From Bacteroidales bacterium (lineage in GTDB: Bacteria > Bacteroidota > Bacteroidia > Bacteroidales > JAADJA01): DNA of 64,000 nucleotides. Shown piece by piece: positions 1-9,775 of this stretch (position 1 is the stretch's first letter; each line of letters starts with the position of its first letter). The position numbers and the translations under genes were made by a program. The notes under the pieces are model-generated. The model was not told the DNA's origin. It was given only the letters and a program-made list of their open reading frames with translations, and did no database searches. The stretch is from NCBI GenBank assembly GCA_020438105.1, contig JAGQVE010000014.1, positions 11,977 to 75,976 on the forward strand, read 5' to 3'.

Positions 1-395
1 ACACCATCACCCTGAATGAAGAACTACCTTTTATCGAATCATATATTTATTTGCTGAAGACCCGTTTCGATCAAAACCTGGAAGTGGATATTGATATCGC
101 GGCAAATTTCAGAGTGAAAAAAGTAGCGCCCATGGTGCTGCAATTACTGGTTGAAAATGCGATCAAACATAATATCATCTCCAAATCCAAACCGCTTTCA
201 GTGAAACTTTTCATTGAAGCATCGGGCGAATATTTAACGGTAATGAACAATCTTCAGCTAAAATCGAGCACCGAAAGATCGTCGCATATTGGATTGGAAA
301 ACATACGAAAACGCTATGATTACCTTACCGGCAAAAAGGTAGAGATCATCAACAATGAACAACATTTTATGGTAAAAATTCCATTACTGGATTAA
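1..395 (+). CDS. Sensor histidine kinase, LytS/YehU type, C-terminal fragment (5' end lies outside the window)
   Basis: The reading frame is open to the window edge (frame starting at nt 3: TITLNEELPFIESYIYLLKTRF...). It has the ATPase N-box LLVENAIKHN. Its C-terminus is collinear with the paralog at 13089-14126. A LytTR regulator starts 12 nt downstream. Confidence 0.8.
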   Translation, partial: TITLNEELPFIESYIYLLKTRFDQNLEVDIDIAANFRVKKVAPMVLQLLVENAIKHNIISKSKPLSVKLFIEASGEYLTVMNNLQLKSSTERSSHIGLENIRKRYDYLTGKKVEIINNEQHFMVKIPLLD

Positions 396-406
396 AAATT
401 ATAATA

Positions 407-1165
407 ATGAAAGTACTGATTATCGAGGACGAACCATTTGCACAGCAGGAACTTAAAAGGCTCTTGAATATCATTGACAATTCAATGGAAGTAATGGCCT
501 GCCTCGACTCCGTTGAAGATAGCCTAAATTGGCTCAACTCAGACAAAAATCCTGATTTGATTTTTATGGATATTCAGCTATCCGACGGATTGAGTTTTGA
601 AATTTTTGAACAAACAACGGTTGCCGCCCCGGTAATTTTCACCACTGCCTTCGACGATTATGCCATCAAAGCTTTTAAAGTTAACAGCATCGATTATTTG
701 CTGAAGCCGATTGAGGAGGAAGACCTGGCCAGGGCTTATGCTAAATTTAAAAAGAGCCAGCCAAAAAATGAAGGGTATTTCAGCAAGCAGCAGCTCGAGG
801 AAGTTTTAGGACTTTACAAACCGGCCTATAAATCGCGACTGGTAGTTAAGCTGGGGGATAAAATCAGGCACATTGAGGCCGGTGCTATTGCCTTTTTCTT
901 TTCGGAAGATAAGGTTTCTTTTTTGGTGACTAATGAACAGAAAAAATACATTATCAACTACACCCTTGAGCAAATTGAAAAATTTATGAATCCCAATGAC
1001 TTTTACCGATTAAACCGAAAATATATAGCCAACATAAATGCCATCGAATCCATTGATAAATATTTTAACAGCCGATTGAAAATAGGTTTAAAACCAGAAG
1101 TGGAAGATGATGTTTTAATTAGCAGAACCAAAGTGTCGGAGTTTTTAAATTGGCTTGAACGATAA
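407..1165 (+). CDS. LytTR-family response regulator (REC plus LytTR DNA-binding domain)
   Basis: ATG start. REC motifs VLIIEDE and FMDIQLSDGLSF..YLLKP are present. The C-terminus has a LytTR-like segment (FYRLNRKYIANINAI). It is a close paralog (~65% by eye) of 12322-13092. Confidence 0.9.
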   Translation: MKVLIIEDEPFAQQELKRLLNIIDNSMEVMACLDSVEDSLNWLNSDKNPDLIFMDIQLSDGLSFEIFEQTTVAAPVIFTTAFDDYAIKAFKVNSIDYLLKPIEEEDLARAYAKFKKSQPKNEGYFSKQQLEEVLGLYKPAYKSRLVVKLGDKIRHIEAGAIAFFFSEDKVSFLVTNEQKKYIINYTLEQIEKFMNPNDFYRLNRKYIANINAIESIDKYFNSRLKIGLKPEVEDDVLISRTKVSEFLNWLER

Positions 1166-1184
1166 CTAAACCAGGTTTTAGGAT

Positions 1185-2279
1185 ATGGAAAAAAAAGAAT
1201 TCAATATTTTATATGTAGATGATGAAGAACAAAACTTGTTTTCATTCAAAGCTACTTTTCGCAGGGAGTACAATGTTTTTACTGCCATAAGCGGAAAAGC
1301 CGGGATGGAGATCATGCATACCGACGATATTCATCTCATCATTACCGACCAGCGCATGCCCGAAATGACGGGCATTCAGTTCCTGGAGAAAATATTGCCC
1401 GTTTACCCCGATCCGATCCGGATGATATTAACCGGTTTCAGTGATGTGGAAGCCATTGTGGAGGCCATTAACACAGGAAGGGTTTTCAGGTATATTACCA
1501 AACCCTGGGATGAGCGTGAATTGCGGATGACCATTGAAAATGCGAGGCAAATATACAGTTTGCAAACGAGGAATAAATCACTGGTTTCGCAGCTTCAGCA
1601 AAAGGTGGAAGAGCAGGAGAAAACCCTTAAACTTTTTATGAAATATGTTCCGGAAACGATAGTTCAAAAGGCCCTGAACCAAAAAGAGGGATCTATTTTT
1701 GAAGGCGAGTCGAGGGAAGTGGCTGTGCTGTTTTGCGATATTCGAGGATTTACACCCATGAGTGAATTGCTTACTCCGAAAGAGGTAGTTTCGTTCCTGA
1801 ATGATTACTACAGCCTCATGACCAGGATTGTGAAAAGATATAACGGCACGGTCACCCAATTTGTTGGAGACGAAATATTTGCCACCTTCGGTGCCCCTCT
1901 CGCCCAGGAAAACAACGAAGAGCATGCGGTTTTTTCAGCCATCGAAATGATTGAAGCGCTGCAAGAACTCAATAATAAATACAAGGATCGGTTTCAAACG
2001 GAAATACAGGCAGGGATTGGGATCAATTATGGTGAAGTGGTTATCGGTAACCTGGGATCGGAAGAGCGGATTGAATTTGCCATCACCGGTGACACCGTAA
2101 ATACGGGCAAAAGAATTGAAACCCTGACGAAAGACTATCCAAACAGGATATTGATCCGCGACCTGGTATTTGAAAAAACTAAAAATCTGATTGAGGCCCG
2201 TGAATGGGAAGCTGTTAATGTAAAGGGCAAAAGGGATAAAATCAAAGTTTATGAAGTAATTGGCCGGAAACAGGATTGA
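1185..2279 (+). CDS. Response-regulator receiver fused to a class III adenylate/guanylate cyclase domain
   Basis: The N-terminus is a REC domain (ILYVDDE, ITDQRMPEMTG, KPW). The C-terminus has cyclase motifs VLFCDIRGFTPMSE, FVGDEIFATFGAP and GDTVNTGKRIE. Confidence 0.85.
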   Translation: MEKKEFNILYVDDEEQNLFSFKATFRREYNVFTAISGKAGMEIMHTDDIHLIITDQRMPEMTGIQFLEKILPVYPDPIRMILTGFSDVEAIVEAINTGRVFRYITKPWDERELRMTIENARQIYSLQTRNKSLVSQLQQKVEEQEKTLKLFMKYVPETIVQKALNQKEGSIFEGESREVAVLFCDIRGFTPMSELLTPKEVVSFLNDYYSLMTRIVKRYNGTVTQFVGDEIFATFGAPLAQENNEEHAVFSAIEMIEALQELNNKYKDRFQTEIQAGIGINYGEVVIGNLGSEERIEFAITGDTVNTGKRIETLTKDYPNRILIRDLVFEKTKNLIEAREWEAVNVKGKRDKIKVYEVIGRKQD

Positions 2280-2395
2280 TTAAATCAGGGGCCGACATAA
2301 CATTTCAGTCGGTAAAAATTAAAGTTCGTCAGAAACAACCCTGTAAAATATGGTATGCGGTATAAATTTGTACACTAATTTCTAAAGCACGAAAT

Positions 2396-3067
2396 ATGAT
2401 AAGGTTGATCATGATAACACTCCTTATACCTGCATTTTCGCTTTTTGCACATGCACAGGAAGGGGAAGAAGAGTTTAAAACCATATTCAGCTCTGATTAT
2501 TCATCGGGAGGATATGGAGCTCCTGAACTAAAACTTGGGAATGTAAATAACAACATGAGCCTTTTAATGGGAGGCCGTGGCGGCTGGATTATCGGGCATC
2601 GTTTTGTAGTGGGAGGTGCAGGTTATGGTTTAACTACCAACAATAATTTTTATTATTCCGAACCCTTGCTCGACGCAAATGGAAATATGGTTGACTCCAC
2701 GCGAAATCTCAGGCTTGATATGGGTTACGGCGGTTTATTACTGGAGTTTATTGCCATGCCGAAGAAAGCTGTTCACCTTTCGTTCCCTATTATCATTGGA
2801 GCAGGTGGAACTTCGGTGGGAGCAGAAATTGCACAGGATCCAAATCAAATTGATCTAACGGAATTTAACACCTATGATTTTGTGGAAAGCAGCGCCTTTT
2901 TTGTTGTTGAGCCGGGCGTCAGCCTTGAATTGAACATGACCAGATTTTTCAGGCTTGATTTTGGAGCCACCTACCGATTTATTTCAGGAACTGACCTTGT
3001 TCATGTAAGAAACAATGATCTTTCGGACCTTACATTCAGTTTGGCTTTAAAATTCGGATCTTTCTAA
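2396..3067 (+). CDS. Hypothetical secreted Gly-rich protein (possible small outer-membrane beta protein)
   Basis: Signal peptide (LLIPAFSLFAHAQ). Gly-rich segments. The C-terminus ends in an aromatic residue (KFGSF). No catalytic motif was recognised. Confidence 0.5.
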   Translation: MIRLIMITLLIPAFSLFAHAQEGEEEFKTIFSSDYSSGGYGAPELKLGNVNNNMSLLMGGRGGWIIGHRFVVGGAGYGLTTNNNFYYSEPLLDANGNMVDSTRNLRLDMGYGGLLLEFIAMPKKAVHLSFPIIIGAGGTSVGAEIAQDPNQIDLTEFNTYDFVESSAFFVVEPGVSLELNMTRFFRLDFGATYRFISGTDLVHVRNNDLSDLTFSLALKFGSF

Positions 3068-3070
3068 ATT

Positions 3071-5800
3071 TTACCTTTCAAGCTGATAATTCCAAACCTT
3101 TTTCTCTTTAGGAACAATTACATTCATGTCAGAATCATCATTGATACCTCCAATGGCTACCCCGGCAGTACTAGTAAGGGTTTCTTTCTCAAAAATGCGT
3201 CCAGCTGAATTTAAAAATATTATCTCCCCGCTTTTTTGAAGTACAATTGCAATTACCGTTTCCCCAAGTGGTGATTTAAAAATCAGTGGAGTTATTTCAA
3301 CAGATTGCGGCAGGTGGTATTCAAGTATTACTTTTTTAAAACGATCAAAAGCGATAAATTTCATTCCGTCAATAAAGATAAAATCATCCGAACCATCACC
3401 ATTAAAATCAAAATAGAAGAAATAATGATCGGGAGAAAAGTTACCAAAACTGGTAGATTTGGTAGCCCCATTTTCAGAAAAATACAAAAGTTCACCTGTC
3501 GGTTTGGTAGTGATAAAAATCCCGTTGGAGTTGGTTTTGTTCAGGTAAAATTTATTGTTTTTCGAAACCTCCACCTTGTTGCCCAATGATATCCGCTCCT
3601 CTCCCCTTCGGTCGGTAATAAGCACATTTCCATTTACATCTTTAACAATAAAATAATCCTTTTCGTTGGCTACAAGGTGCTCCACTGCCTGCAGAACCGC
3701 AGCCCTCGCCTGAATTTTATTCCATCCATCCACCAGCTTCATCTCCTTATCAAAATTGTAAATCCTGTTGTCGTTCAACGGGATCACAAATCGGTAATCC
3801 TTATTGTTGTCATAATCAAAACAGGCAACTGGCCCAATGGCACTTTGGGGCAACCGAACTGGAAAATCAGCAACATAATCACCATTTAAATCCACGATAT
3901 ACACATAGTTTTGCGTATTAAATAGATATTGATTTTTCCCGTTATCAAAATAATCCACCGAAATCAAATCACTCAAAGGAGCTTCGATGAGCGGGAGCTT
4001 CCATTTAACCTTACCGATATGATCGGCCAGGTACATATTATGAAGATCATCAAAAACAATGGTGTTAAGTTTATTATTCCGGTGATTTCTGATCATATAC
4101 GGCCTGCCAACCACTTTCCCCTCTGTTTCAAACTCCCAGCTTGAAGGATTAACCTGTTTGTAATCCGGGTTGTATTTCAGGTAAATATTGGTATAAAACA
4201 TCTGGTTGATAAAGCTTAGCTGCAGGGCCAGGCCTTCAAGATTTCCAAGGGCTCCGGAATTATCTTCGAGCCAATCACTGAAAGGCGCCCGAAAGAGCTT
4301 TGGTGCGTTATCAGCAGACTTACGGATATTGCTGTACAGGAAAATATTGGATCGTAAAGAGATATTATTCGAAAAGGTTTGATAATTCAGATCCCCGGCA
4401 AGGGTTTTGCCTTTATAAAAAGTATCAATAAGCGCCTGAAGTACTTCAGGTGAATTTGCCATAAGCACATAGTCTTTGATCAAAACGAAATAGTTTTCAT
4501 CCACCACCGAAAATAACGATCCGAATAAAACATCATTAAACTCGGGTAAATTGAGCTTATAAATTTTATAATCCTCATAGTTGATTTCCTCAGTTCTGGC
4601 AAGTTTACGTTTGTCAACCTTTTTTGCCACACCAAGCAGCGAAATTCTTGCCTTTAATATATCCGTAGCCCTGATCACCACCACCGGATCAATTCTGTCG
4701 GACGGGCCGTTGATGCCGGCAATAGCAACTTCTGATCCGATCCATGAAATAAATTCATCATAAGGAGCAATGCCGAACTGATCATTTAATTTCTTTAAAG
4801 CTTCTAGCGTTTCCGTTGAATCGGAACGGCTTTTAATAAAACGAACATAAAATTTATCAAAAGCAGCAAGACCGATGTGCAACATGTAAGCTGTGGTATT
4901 TGGCAAAACTTCGGGAATGGTTATATCCTGCGGATCCTGCTTAAAACAGTTTATAAACCTCGAATTTTCATCATCAGCAACGGAGTAGCCATTTAAGAGC
5001 AATTCATCTTTATTAACCACAATATCCGCCTCTGTCCAATCCCAAAACCTCGTTAATTCGGCGAAAGCACCTTTGTACCTGACAGATGAAAGCCCCTGCA
5101 ACCATTTCCCAAAACCAGGTCCATTTACATACAGATTTGCATCTACATTATGTCCGGCTGTTTCCCGAACTCGTCTGAATGTAGGATTTGAAGACAGTTC
5201 CTCCCCCTCATTAATTTGATTGATGGTTTCCATGATCAAAGATTCAGAAAGTGAACCGGCAAAAATTCCACGATAAAATGAATAATAAAAAAAAGTATTC
5301 TGTCTGGGGATATTTACAATTTTGATGGGCGCATTTTTATACATCTTTTCCATGACTATGCTTTCCGTACCAACAATTTTAGCAAATAAATTATCAACGG
5401 ATGATGCTTTAATCGGATTTGAATGGGCACATAAAATTACCGGCACCAGTCTGTTTTGCTCATCCGGGTTCATTGTGATAATTAGATTACTGGCCGACAG
5501 ATAGGATAGTACATCATGATTTGTTTTTGTAATTGAATCAATCAAATGAAATTGTTGCTCAAACTGATGAATACCTTCAAGCTGTAGAAAATGGTTCCAC
5601 AAGTCGGAGCTGCTCAGGCTTGATAAAGCACCCGGAGGATTTGCCGTTTCGATAAAGAAAACGGCAGAGGGAGAGACAGCAGAAAGTACCGGAACATTTG
5701 ACTTTTGACTTTGCACAAAGTAACGGTAACCCCAATAACCTGCTGCAGCAAGCCCGAGTATTAACAAAATGAACAGGATTATTTTCCCGGTTTTCGACAT
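3071..5800 (-). CDS. Large membrane-anchored hypothetical protein with C-terminal FG-GAP/VCBS-like repeat region
   Basis: 909-aa ORF with an ATG start and an N-terminal TM anchor (IILFILLILGLAAAGYWGY). The C-terminal part carries DFNGDGSDDFIFIDG-type motifs. The only internal ORFs are short and antisense. Confidence 0.6.
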   Translation of the reverse strand: MSKTGKIILFILLILGLAAAGYWGYRYFVQSQKSNVPVLSAVSPSAVFFIETANPPGALSSLSSSDLWNHFLQLEGIHQFEQQFHLIDSITKTNHDVLSYLSASNLIITMNPDEQNRLVPVILCAHSNPIKASSVDNLFAKIVGTESIVMEKMYKNAPIKIVNIPRQNTFFYYSFYRGIFAGSLSESLIMETINQINEGEELSSNPTFRRVRETAGHNVDANLYVNGPGFGKWLQGLSSVRYKGAFAELTRFWDWTEADIVVNKDELLLNGYSVADDENSRFINCFKQDPQDITIPEVLPNTTAYMLHIGLAAFDKFYVRFIKSRSDSTETLEALKKLNDQFGIAPYDEFISWIGSEVAIAGINGPSDRIDPVVVIRATDILKARISLLGVAKKVDKRKLARTEEINYEDYKIYKLNLPEFNDVLFGSLFSVVDENYFVLIKDYVLMANSPEVLQALIDTFYKGKTLAGDLNYQTFSNNISLRSNIFLYSNIRKSADNAPKLFRAPFSDWLEDNSGALGNLEGLALQLSFINQMFYTNIYLKYNPDYKQVNPSSWEFETEGKVVGRPYMIRNHRNNKLNTIVFDDLHNMYLADHIGKVKWKLPLIEAPLSDLISVDYFDNGKNQYLFNTQNYVYIVDLNGDYVADFPVRLPQSAIGPVACFDYDNNKDYRFVIPLNDNRIYNFDKEMKLVDGWNKIQARAAVLQAVEHLVANEKDYFIVKDVNGNVLITDRRGEERISLGNKVEVSKNNKFYLNKTNSNGIFITTKPTGELLYFSENGATKSTSFGNFSPDHYFFYFDFNGDGSDDFIFIDGMKFIAFDRFKKVILEYHLPQSVEITPLIFKSPLGETVIAIVLQKSGEIIFLNSAGRIFEKETLTSTAGVAIGGINDDSDMNVIVPKEKKVWNYQLER

Positions 5801-6021
5801 AACAAACCTTTGATGAAATGTTTTAGGGTAAGCAAAGGTAATATATTGCGCTGAAGGTAAGGCTGCCCTATGGAGATAATTTTAAACTCATCAAAATGTG
5901 ATAAGAAAAGATGTCACAAAGATTTCGAATTATGACAGTAGGTATTGTGGAAAAAGATATTTGAAATCCTATTCAAATATTAAAAACATCAAATATTCTT
6001 TAAAAAAATGACATAGGAAGT

Positions 6022-6981
6022 TTACAAATGGATACTCATTACAGATGACAAAATATCCTTGAATCGGCTGAATTCTGATGAATTATTATCCCATAATTTA
6101 TCTAAGTTGAAAAAATGACTTGTAGTCGGAGATTCATCCCTAAGTGATTTGTAGTCTATTTCAACATTTAGTATGGTCATAAATTCAATGTGACCTCTTT
6201 TTTTAGCCTTTTGATGACTTTTCTCCGCTTCGCCAATACGATTATGAATATTTGATATATCTCTTCCTCCTTTTATTTCTATAGAAATTAATCCCCTCAT
6301 TTCTGAAGATAGTTTTTCAGTAATTTCAATGTCTGGGTCCGCTGAAAAAGCTATTGAAACATTCCTACCAGAGTCATTTTTAATTTCAATAGAATTTGGG
6401 GTTGATGAGATAATGTAATTCTTAACCAGTTCTTTAATAATATTGAAAGTCTTTTGCGTCGCCAATTGACCATATTCATTATTCTTTGACCCCCTTAATT
6501 GAGGACCGAATGTTAGTAATTGCAATTCAGATATAATAGACAATGAAAATTCATCCATTTCTTTTACAAGAACATCTGCCGTGCTAATTAAACTTCGACA
6601 TAATTTGTCCAAATTAAAATCTGCCTTATTGGTTAAAATCCCATTCACTTCCATTAATTTAAATAGCCCAAAGGGACCCTTTGAATAAAATTCTTTTTGT
6701 GAAAATCCGAAAAGTAGTCTATAGTAGCCGAGTAAATAGGGATTCTTTCTAAGTACAGAAGGTATTGGGAAAATTGCTTCTCCACGCAAAGAGAGTTCGG
6801 CAAGCTTTTTCAAACTGACAGATGTGACAAATTTCGACAGTTCAGAATCAATGTCTTTTATTTCTAGTTTTTTAATCGTTTGCTTAAGTGATTCGTGAAA
6901 GAATAACCCCTTTGTTGATTTTAATCGATAGTAAAAACTTAATTGCAAATCAGGAGATAGAATAGGGTAATTATCTGACAT
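6022..6981 (-). CDS. Putative type II restriction endonuclease (PD-ExK fold)
   Basis: Its start overlaps the upstream methyltransferase gene's stop by 11 nt. It has a candidate PD...ExK motif: SADPDIE...(about 20 aa)...ISIEIKGG. No other family was recognised. Confidence 0.6.
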   Translation of the reverse strand: MSDNYPILSPDLQLSFYYRLKSTKGLFFHESLKQTIKKLEIKDIDSELSKFVTSVSLKKLAELSLRGEAIFPIPSVLRKNPYLLGYYRLLFGFSQKEFYSKGPFGLFKLMEVNGILTNKADFNLDKLCRSLISTADVLVKEMDEFSLSIISELQLLTFGPQLRGSKNNEYGQLATQKTFNIIKELVKNYIISSTPNSIEIKNDSGRNVSIAFSADPDIEITEKLSSEMRGLISIEIKGGRDISNIHNRIGEAEKSHQKAKKRGHIEFMTILNVEIDYKSLRDESPTTSHFFNLDKLWDNNSSEFSRFKDILSSVMSIHL

Positions 6982-7825
6982 TGTTTATCCTTTTTTTAGA
7001 GATTTCAATATATTCATCTTTTAATTCAATGCCATGAAATTTTCTTTCCAACATTTTACATACAACACCTACTGTCCCAGCTCCAAAAAAAGGATCTAAA
7101 ACAAATCCATTTTTTAAAGAAGATGCTTCAATAATTGGTTTTATTAATTCAATTGGGAATGTAGCAAAATGTGCATCGGGAAAAGGCTCCGTATTTACTG
7201 ACCAAACTGTTCTTTTATTTCTAAAGGTTTTTTTATTCGCAGTTGGCTCCTTGATTCTTTCAAAATCATAGAAGTATTTCTCATTTTTTGAAAACAGAAA
7301 AATATATTCATGTGATTGAGTTGGTCTGTCCTTTACAGACTCAGGCTGGCAATTTGGCTTATACCAAATAATGTCTGATCTTAGATACCATCCTTCTTCT
7401 TGCAATGCAAAAGCAATTCTCCAAGGTAGGCCTATTAAATCTTTTGGTTTTAATCCAATTGGAGTAGGGGGTCTGAAGGACATCCCTCTTGCAGGATTTT
7501 TTTTATCTTCAGCTCTCCAAGTTCTATTTCCACTCGTGTAGGAATCGCCAATATTTAACCAAAGCGTTCCATCTTCCTTTAATTTATTTTTTATTACATT
7601 GAAAATAGAAACAAGGTTTTTAATATATTGATCCATTTCATTTTCAGCACCAATCTGTCCATTATAACCATAGTCACGTTTTCCCCAATAGGGTGGGCTT
7701 GTAACGCAGCAAGAATAGAAGTTATTAGGTAATTTTTTCACCATTTCTCTTGAATCTCCCTTAATTATTAAGGAATCTTTCCACAATACCTTTTTCTGTT
7801 CTATTTCTGCAAAATCAAAAGTCAT
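6971..7825 (-). CDS. DNA methyltransferase, beta-class N4-cytosine/N6-adenine family (SPPY type)
   Basis: Motif IV (CVTSPPYWGKRDY) lies N-terminal to motif I (LDPFFGAGTVGVV). FATFPIELIKPII is also present. This is the PF01555-like architecture. Confidence 0.85.
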   Translation of the reverse strand: MTFDFAEIEQKKVLWKDSLIIKGDSREMVKKLPNNFYSCCVTSPPYWGKRDYGYNGQIGAENEMDQYIKNLVSIFNVIKNKLKEDGTLWLNIGDSYTSGNRTWRAEDKKNPARGMSFRPPTPIGLKPKDLIGLPWRIAFALQEEGWYLRSDIIWYKPNCQPESVKDRPTQSHEYIFLFSKNEKYFYDFERIKEPTANKKTFRNKRTVWSVNTEPFPDAHFATFPIELIKPIIEASSLKNGFVLDPFFGAGTVGVVCKMLERKFHGIELKDEYIEISKKRINNVR

Positions 7826-7904
7826 TTTTTTATTTACAAAAATAGCAAATTACAAGAAATATTAATTGATAATAGGGCATTGTCAACATATACTTAATAA
7901 TGAA

Positions 7905-7945
7905 ATGTAAAAAAAGAAAAAGGGCCGGAAGAAGCCAGCCCTTTT
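7905..7945 (-). terminator. Rho-independent terminator of gene 7964-8713
   Basis: Stem AAAAGGGC/GCCCTTTT with a 12-nt loop. On the minus strand it is followed by TTTTTCTTTTTTT. Confidence 0.7.
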
Positions 7946-7963
7946 CAGTATTTGATTCCTTGA

Positions 7964-8713
7964 TTATTCACTACTCAATTCGGGGATGTACTCCGATAGT
8001 TCGTCGTATGAATTATTTACAATATCACGGAATTCCTCAAAAAATTTCCATCTTGAGCCCTCTCCATGCACATCTTCATAATCTTTCCAGAAAGTGTCAT
8101 CCTCATCAAAAAAGGCATAATTCGGGAATCCGAAGCCTATTGCTACATCACGTCCATTGTCACTGTCAAATTGATTAAAATATACTTCAAAATAATTGGG
8201 ATATTCTTTTTGTTTATATACCTCAACCACTTTTTCGAGTAAAGCTTTAAAACGATAGCTGTCGAATGGCTTAATATCATACACCGACCAGATTTCCTTG
8301 CCTGTGAACGAACCATCAGGACTGTATGACAATTTATCATCCATTTTCCAGTATTCACCATCGCTAACCTCTTTTACATAAGGCATTACATTTTTTATCC
8401 AGTCTTCGGTATGTTCCTCCGAATCAGGCCTGCTGTCCAGGTCAGTGAAAGTGCAGGGTCCCATAACATAAACCAACTCGCCGGTGTGAGGGCCAGTATT
8501 GGCCATCCAAATATGAACCTTGTATGGATCATCTTTGTGGTAGGTGCGGTTGTGTTTGGCCAAAGCTTCTCCAAGTTCCATCATTTTGTCGGTTTTGGGC
8601 TTGAGGTACATGGTTTCATACATCTTATAATCAGTAGCGGATTCATCATCCTGAGCAAAAGTAAATGAGCTGATCAGCATCATTAGCACAAGTAATCTAA
8701 GTAACTTTTTCAT
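7964..8713 (-). CDS. Hypothetical secreted protein
   Basis: 249-aa ORF with an ATG start and a signal peptide (LLVLMMLISSFTFAQ). A terminator hairpin follows it. No motif was recognised. Confidence 0.55.
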   Translation of the reverse strand: MKKLLRLLVLMMLISSFTFAQDDESATDYKMYETMYLKPKTDKMMELGEALAKHNRTYHKDDPYKVHIWMANTGPHTGELVYVMGPCTFTDLDSRPDSEEHTEDWIKNVMPYVKEVSDGEYWKMDDKLSYSPDGSFTGKEIWSVYDIKPFDSYRFKALLEKVVEVYKQKEYPNYFEVYFNQFDSDNGRDVAIGFGFPNYAFFDEDDTFWKDYEDVHGEGSRWKFFEEFRDIVNNSYDELSEYIPELSSE

Positions 8714-8949
8714 TTTAGAGTTTATTAGTTATTAAATAGTAATTTGCGTAGTTGACCATACAAATTGATGCTGTCGAATATTGTATTAAGCTACGTTAAA
8801 AAGGAAAAAATGCGAAAATAAAATTGCGATGTCGTTTTCTTTATTCATTGGTCTCCGTATCGGGAAAACAAATGTACCCAATAAACAAGATGCTATTTCT
8901 TATTTAACATCAAATTAACAGAAACCCCTATTCAGTGGATTGATATAAG

Positions 8950-9708
8950 CTACTTAATTGCATGGACGATAAATTCTTTTGAAGAACTGTTTAATTCATT
9001 TTCTTCAAAATCACCAAATATGTTAAATGATTTAAAAGGAGATAAACGCAATAACAATTCGAGTTCATGCCTGAAGAAAAACCGAAGTGAAGTATGCCAA
9101 TCGTCGCTGTGTAATTCACCATCTTCTTCCCACTCGAGGGTAAAGTCGACATTACTTAATTGATTCACTATATCAGCTTTCATGGAAACAAAACGCCGAA
9201 CCAGTTTTCCGGGTTGATAATTTCCTTCAAAGTCTTTTACGTTATCCAGGCCATTGATCAGCATTTTCAAGTCAGGGATAAAAAGGTCAAAAATAAAAGT
9301 TCCTCCTTCATTTAAAGAATTATAAACCTGCGTGAGTGCTTTAAGCTGATCATCAACATTTAATAAATGCATAAACACCCTGAACGGAGCTATAACCAGG
9401 TTGTATTTTAAATGCGTGGTAAAATTTCGTATGTCCTGCACCGATATCCGTTGATGGTCATCGAAAGGCAGCTTATTTTTCAGCACCTCCACCATCGCCG
9501 GACTGATATCAATGCCGTAAATATCAACTCCCTGTTTTCGGGCATCAGCAAAAAAGCGGCCCGTGCCTACACCGATCTCAAGCACCGGACCCGTAACCGA
9601 TTTAATTTTGTTCAGGAAATAATCGTGATCGGCTGAATCGCGCATCTGGTGATATATAGTATCATAGAATCGTGCGAAAAACGAAGGATAAAGGGCTTGC
9701 CTTTTCAT
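8950..9708 (-). CDS. Class I SAM-dependent methyltransferase
   Basis: SAM-binding motif VLEIGVGTGR and a downstream acidic loop (IYGIDIS). The start is set at the internal ATG (MKRQALYP...). The longer ORF uses TTG and would run into the tadA promoter region. Confidence 0.8.
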   Translation of the reverse strand: MKRQALYPSFFARFYDTIYHQMRDSADHDYFLNKIKSVTGPVLEIGVGTGRFFADARKQGVDIYGIDISPAMVEVLKNKLPFDDHQRISVQDIRNFTTHLKYNLVIAPFRVFMHLLNVDDQLKALTQVYNSLNEGGTFIFDLFIPDLKMLINGLDNVKDFEGNYQPGKLVRRFVSMKADIVNQLSNVDFTLEWEEDGELHSDDWHTSLRFFFRHELELLLRLSPFKSFNIFGDFEENELNSSSKEFIVHAIK

Positions 9709-9775
9709 GGTAAATATTATTTGTAAAGAGGCTTTATAAATGTTGAAATACAAATATCGTAATTTTGCACCCAAT

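Noticed and set aside
5833-5840. Bacteroidota -7 promoter box (TAnnTTTG): TACCTTTG on the minus strand 33-40 nt upstream of the 909-aa gene, and TAATTTTG at 9760-9767 upstream of tadA.
   Set aside because: The motifs match the consensus, but I found no convincing -33 TTTG partner at the right spacing. Such 8-mers are frequent in AT-rich DNA, so they are not reported as features.
6022-6981. Assigning a specific recognition site to the restriction endonuclease (for example CCCGGG, as for some N4-cytosine systems of similar size).
   Set aside because: I cannot align to reference enzymes without a search. CCCGGG occurs at least six times in the window (e.g. 11107, 14369, 29099, 37313), close to random expectation, so site counts are uninformative.
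8950-9774. N-terminal extensions in the ORF track. These affect the methyltransferase (to 9774), tadA (9740), 17773, 23058, 32445, 32977, 33580, 42204, 47353, 51346, 53964 and 58805.
   Set aside because: Several of the extensions I checked begin at TTG or GTG codons. Others would run through repeats, a terminator or a neighbouring gene's promoter region. Each gene has an internal ATG followed by a signal peptide or the family-typical N-terminus.
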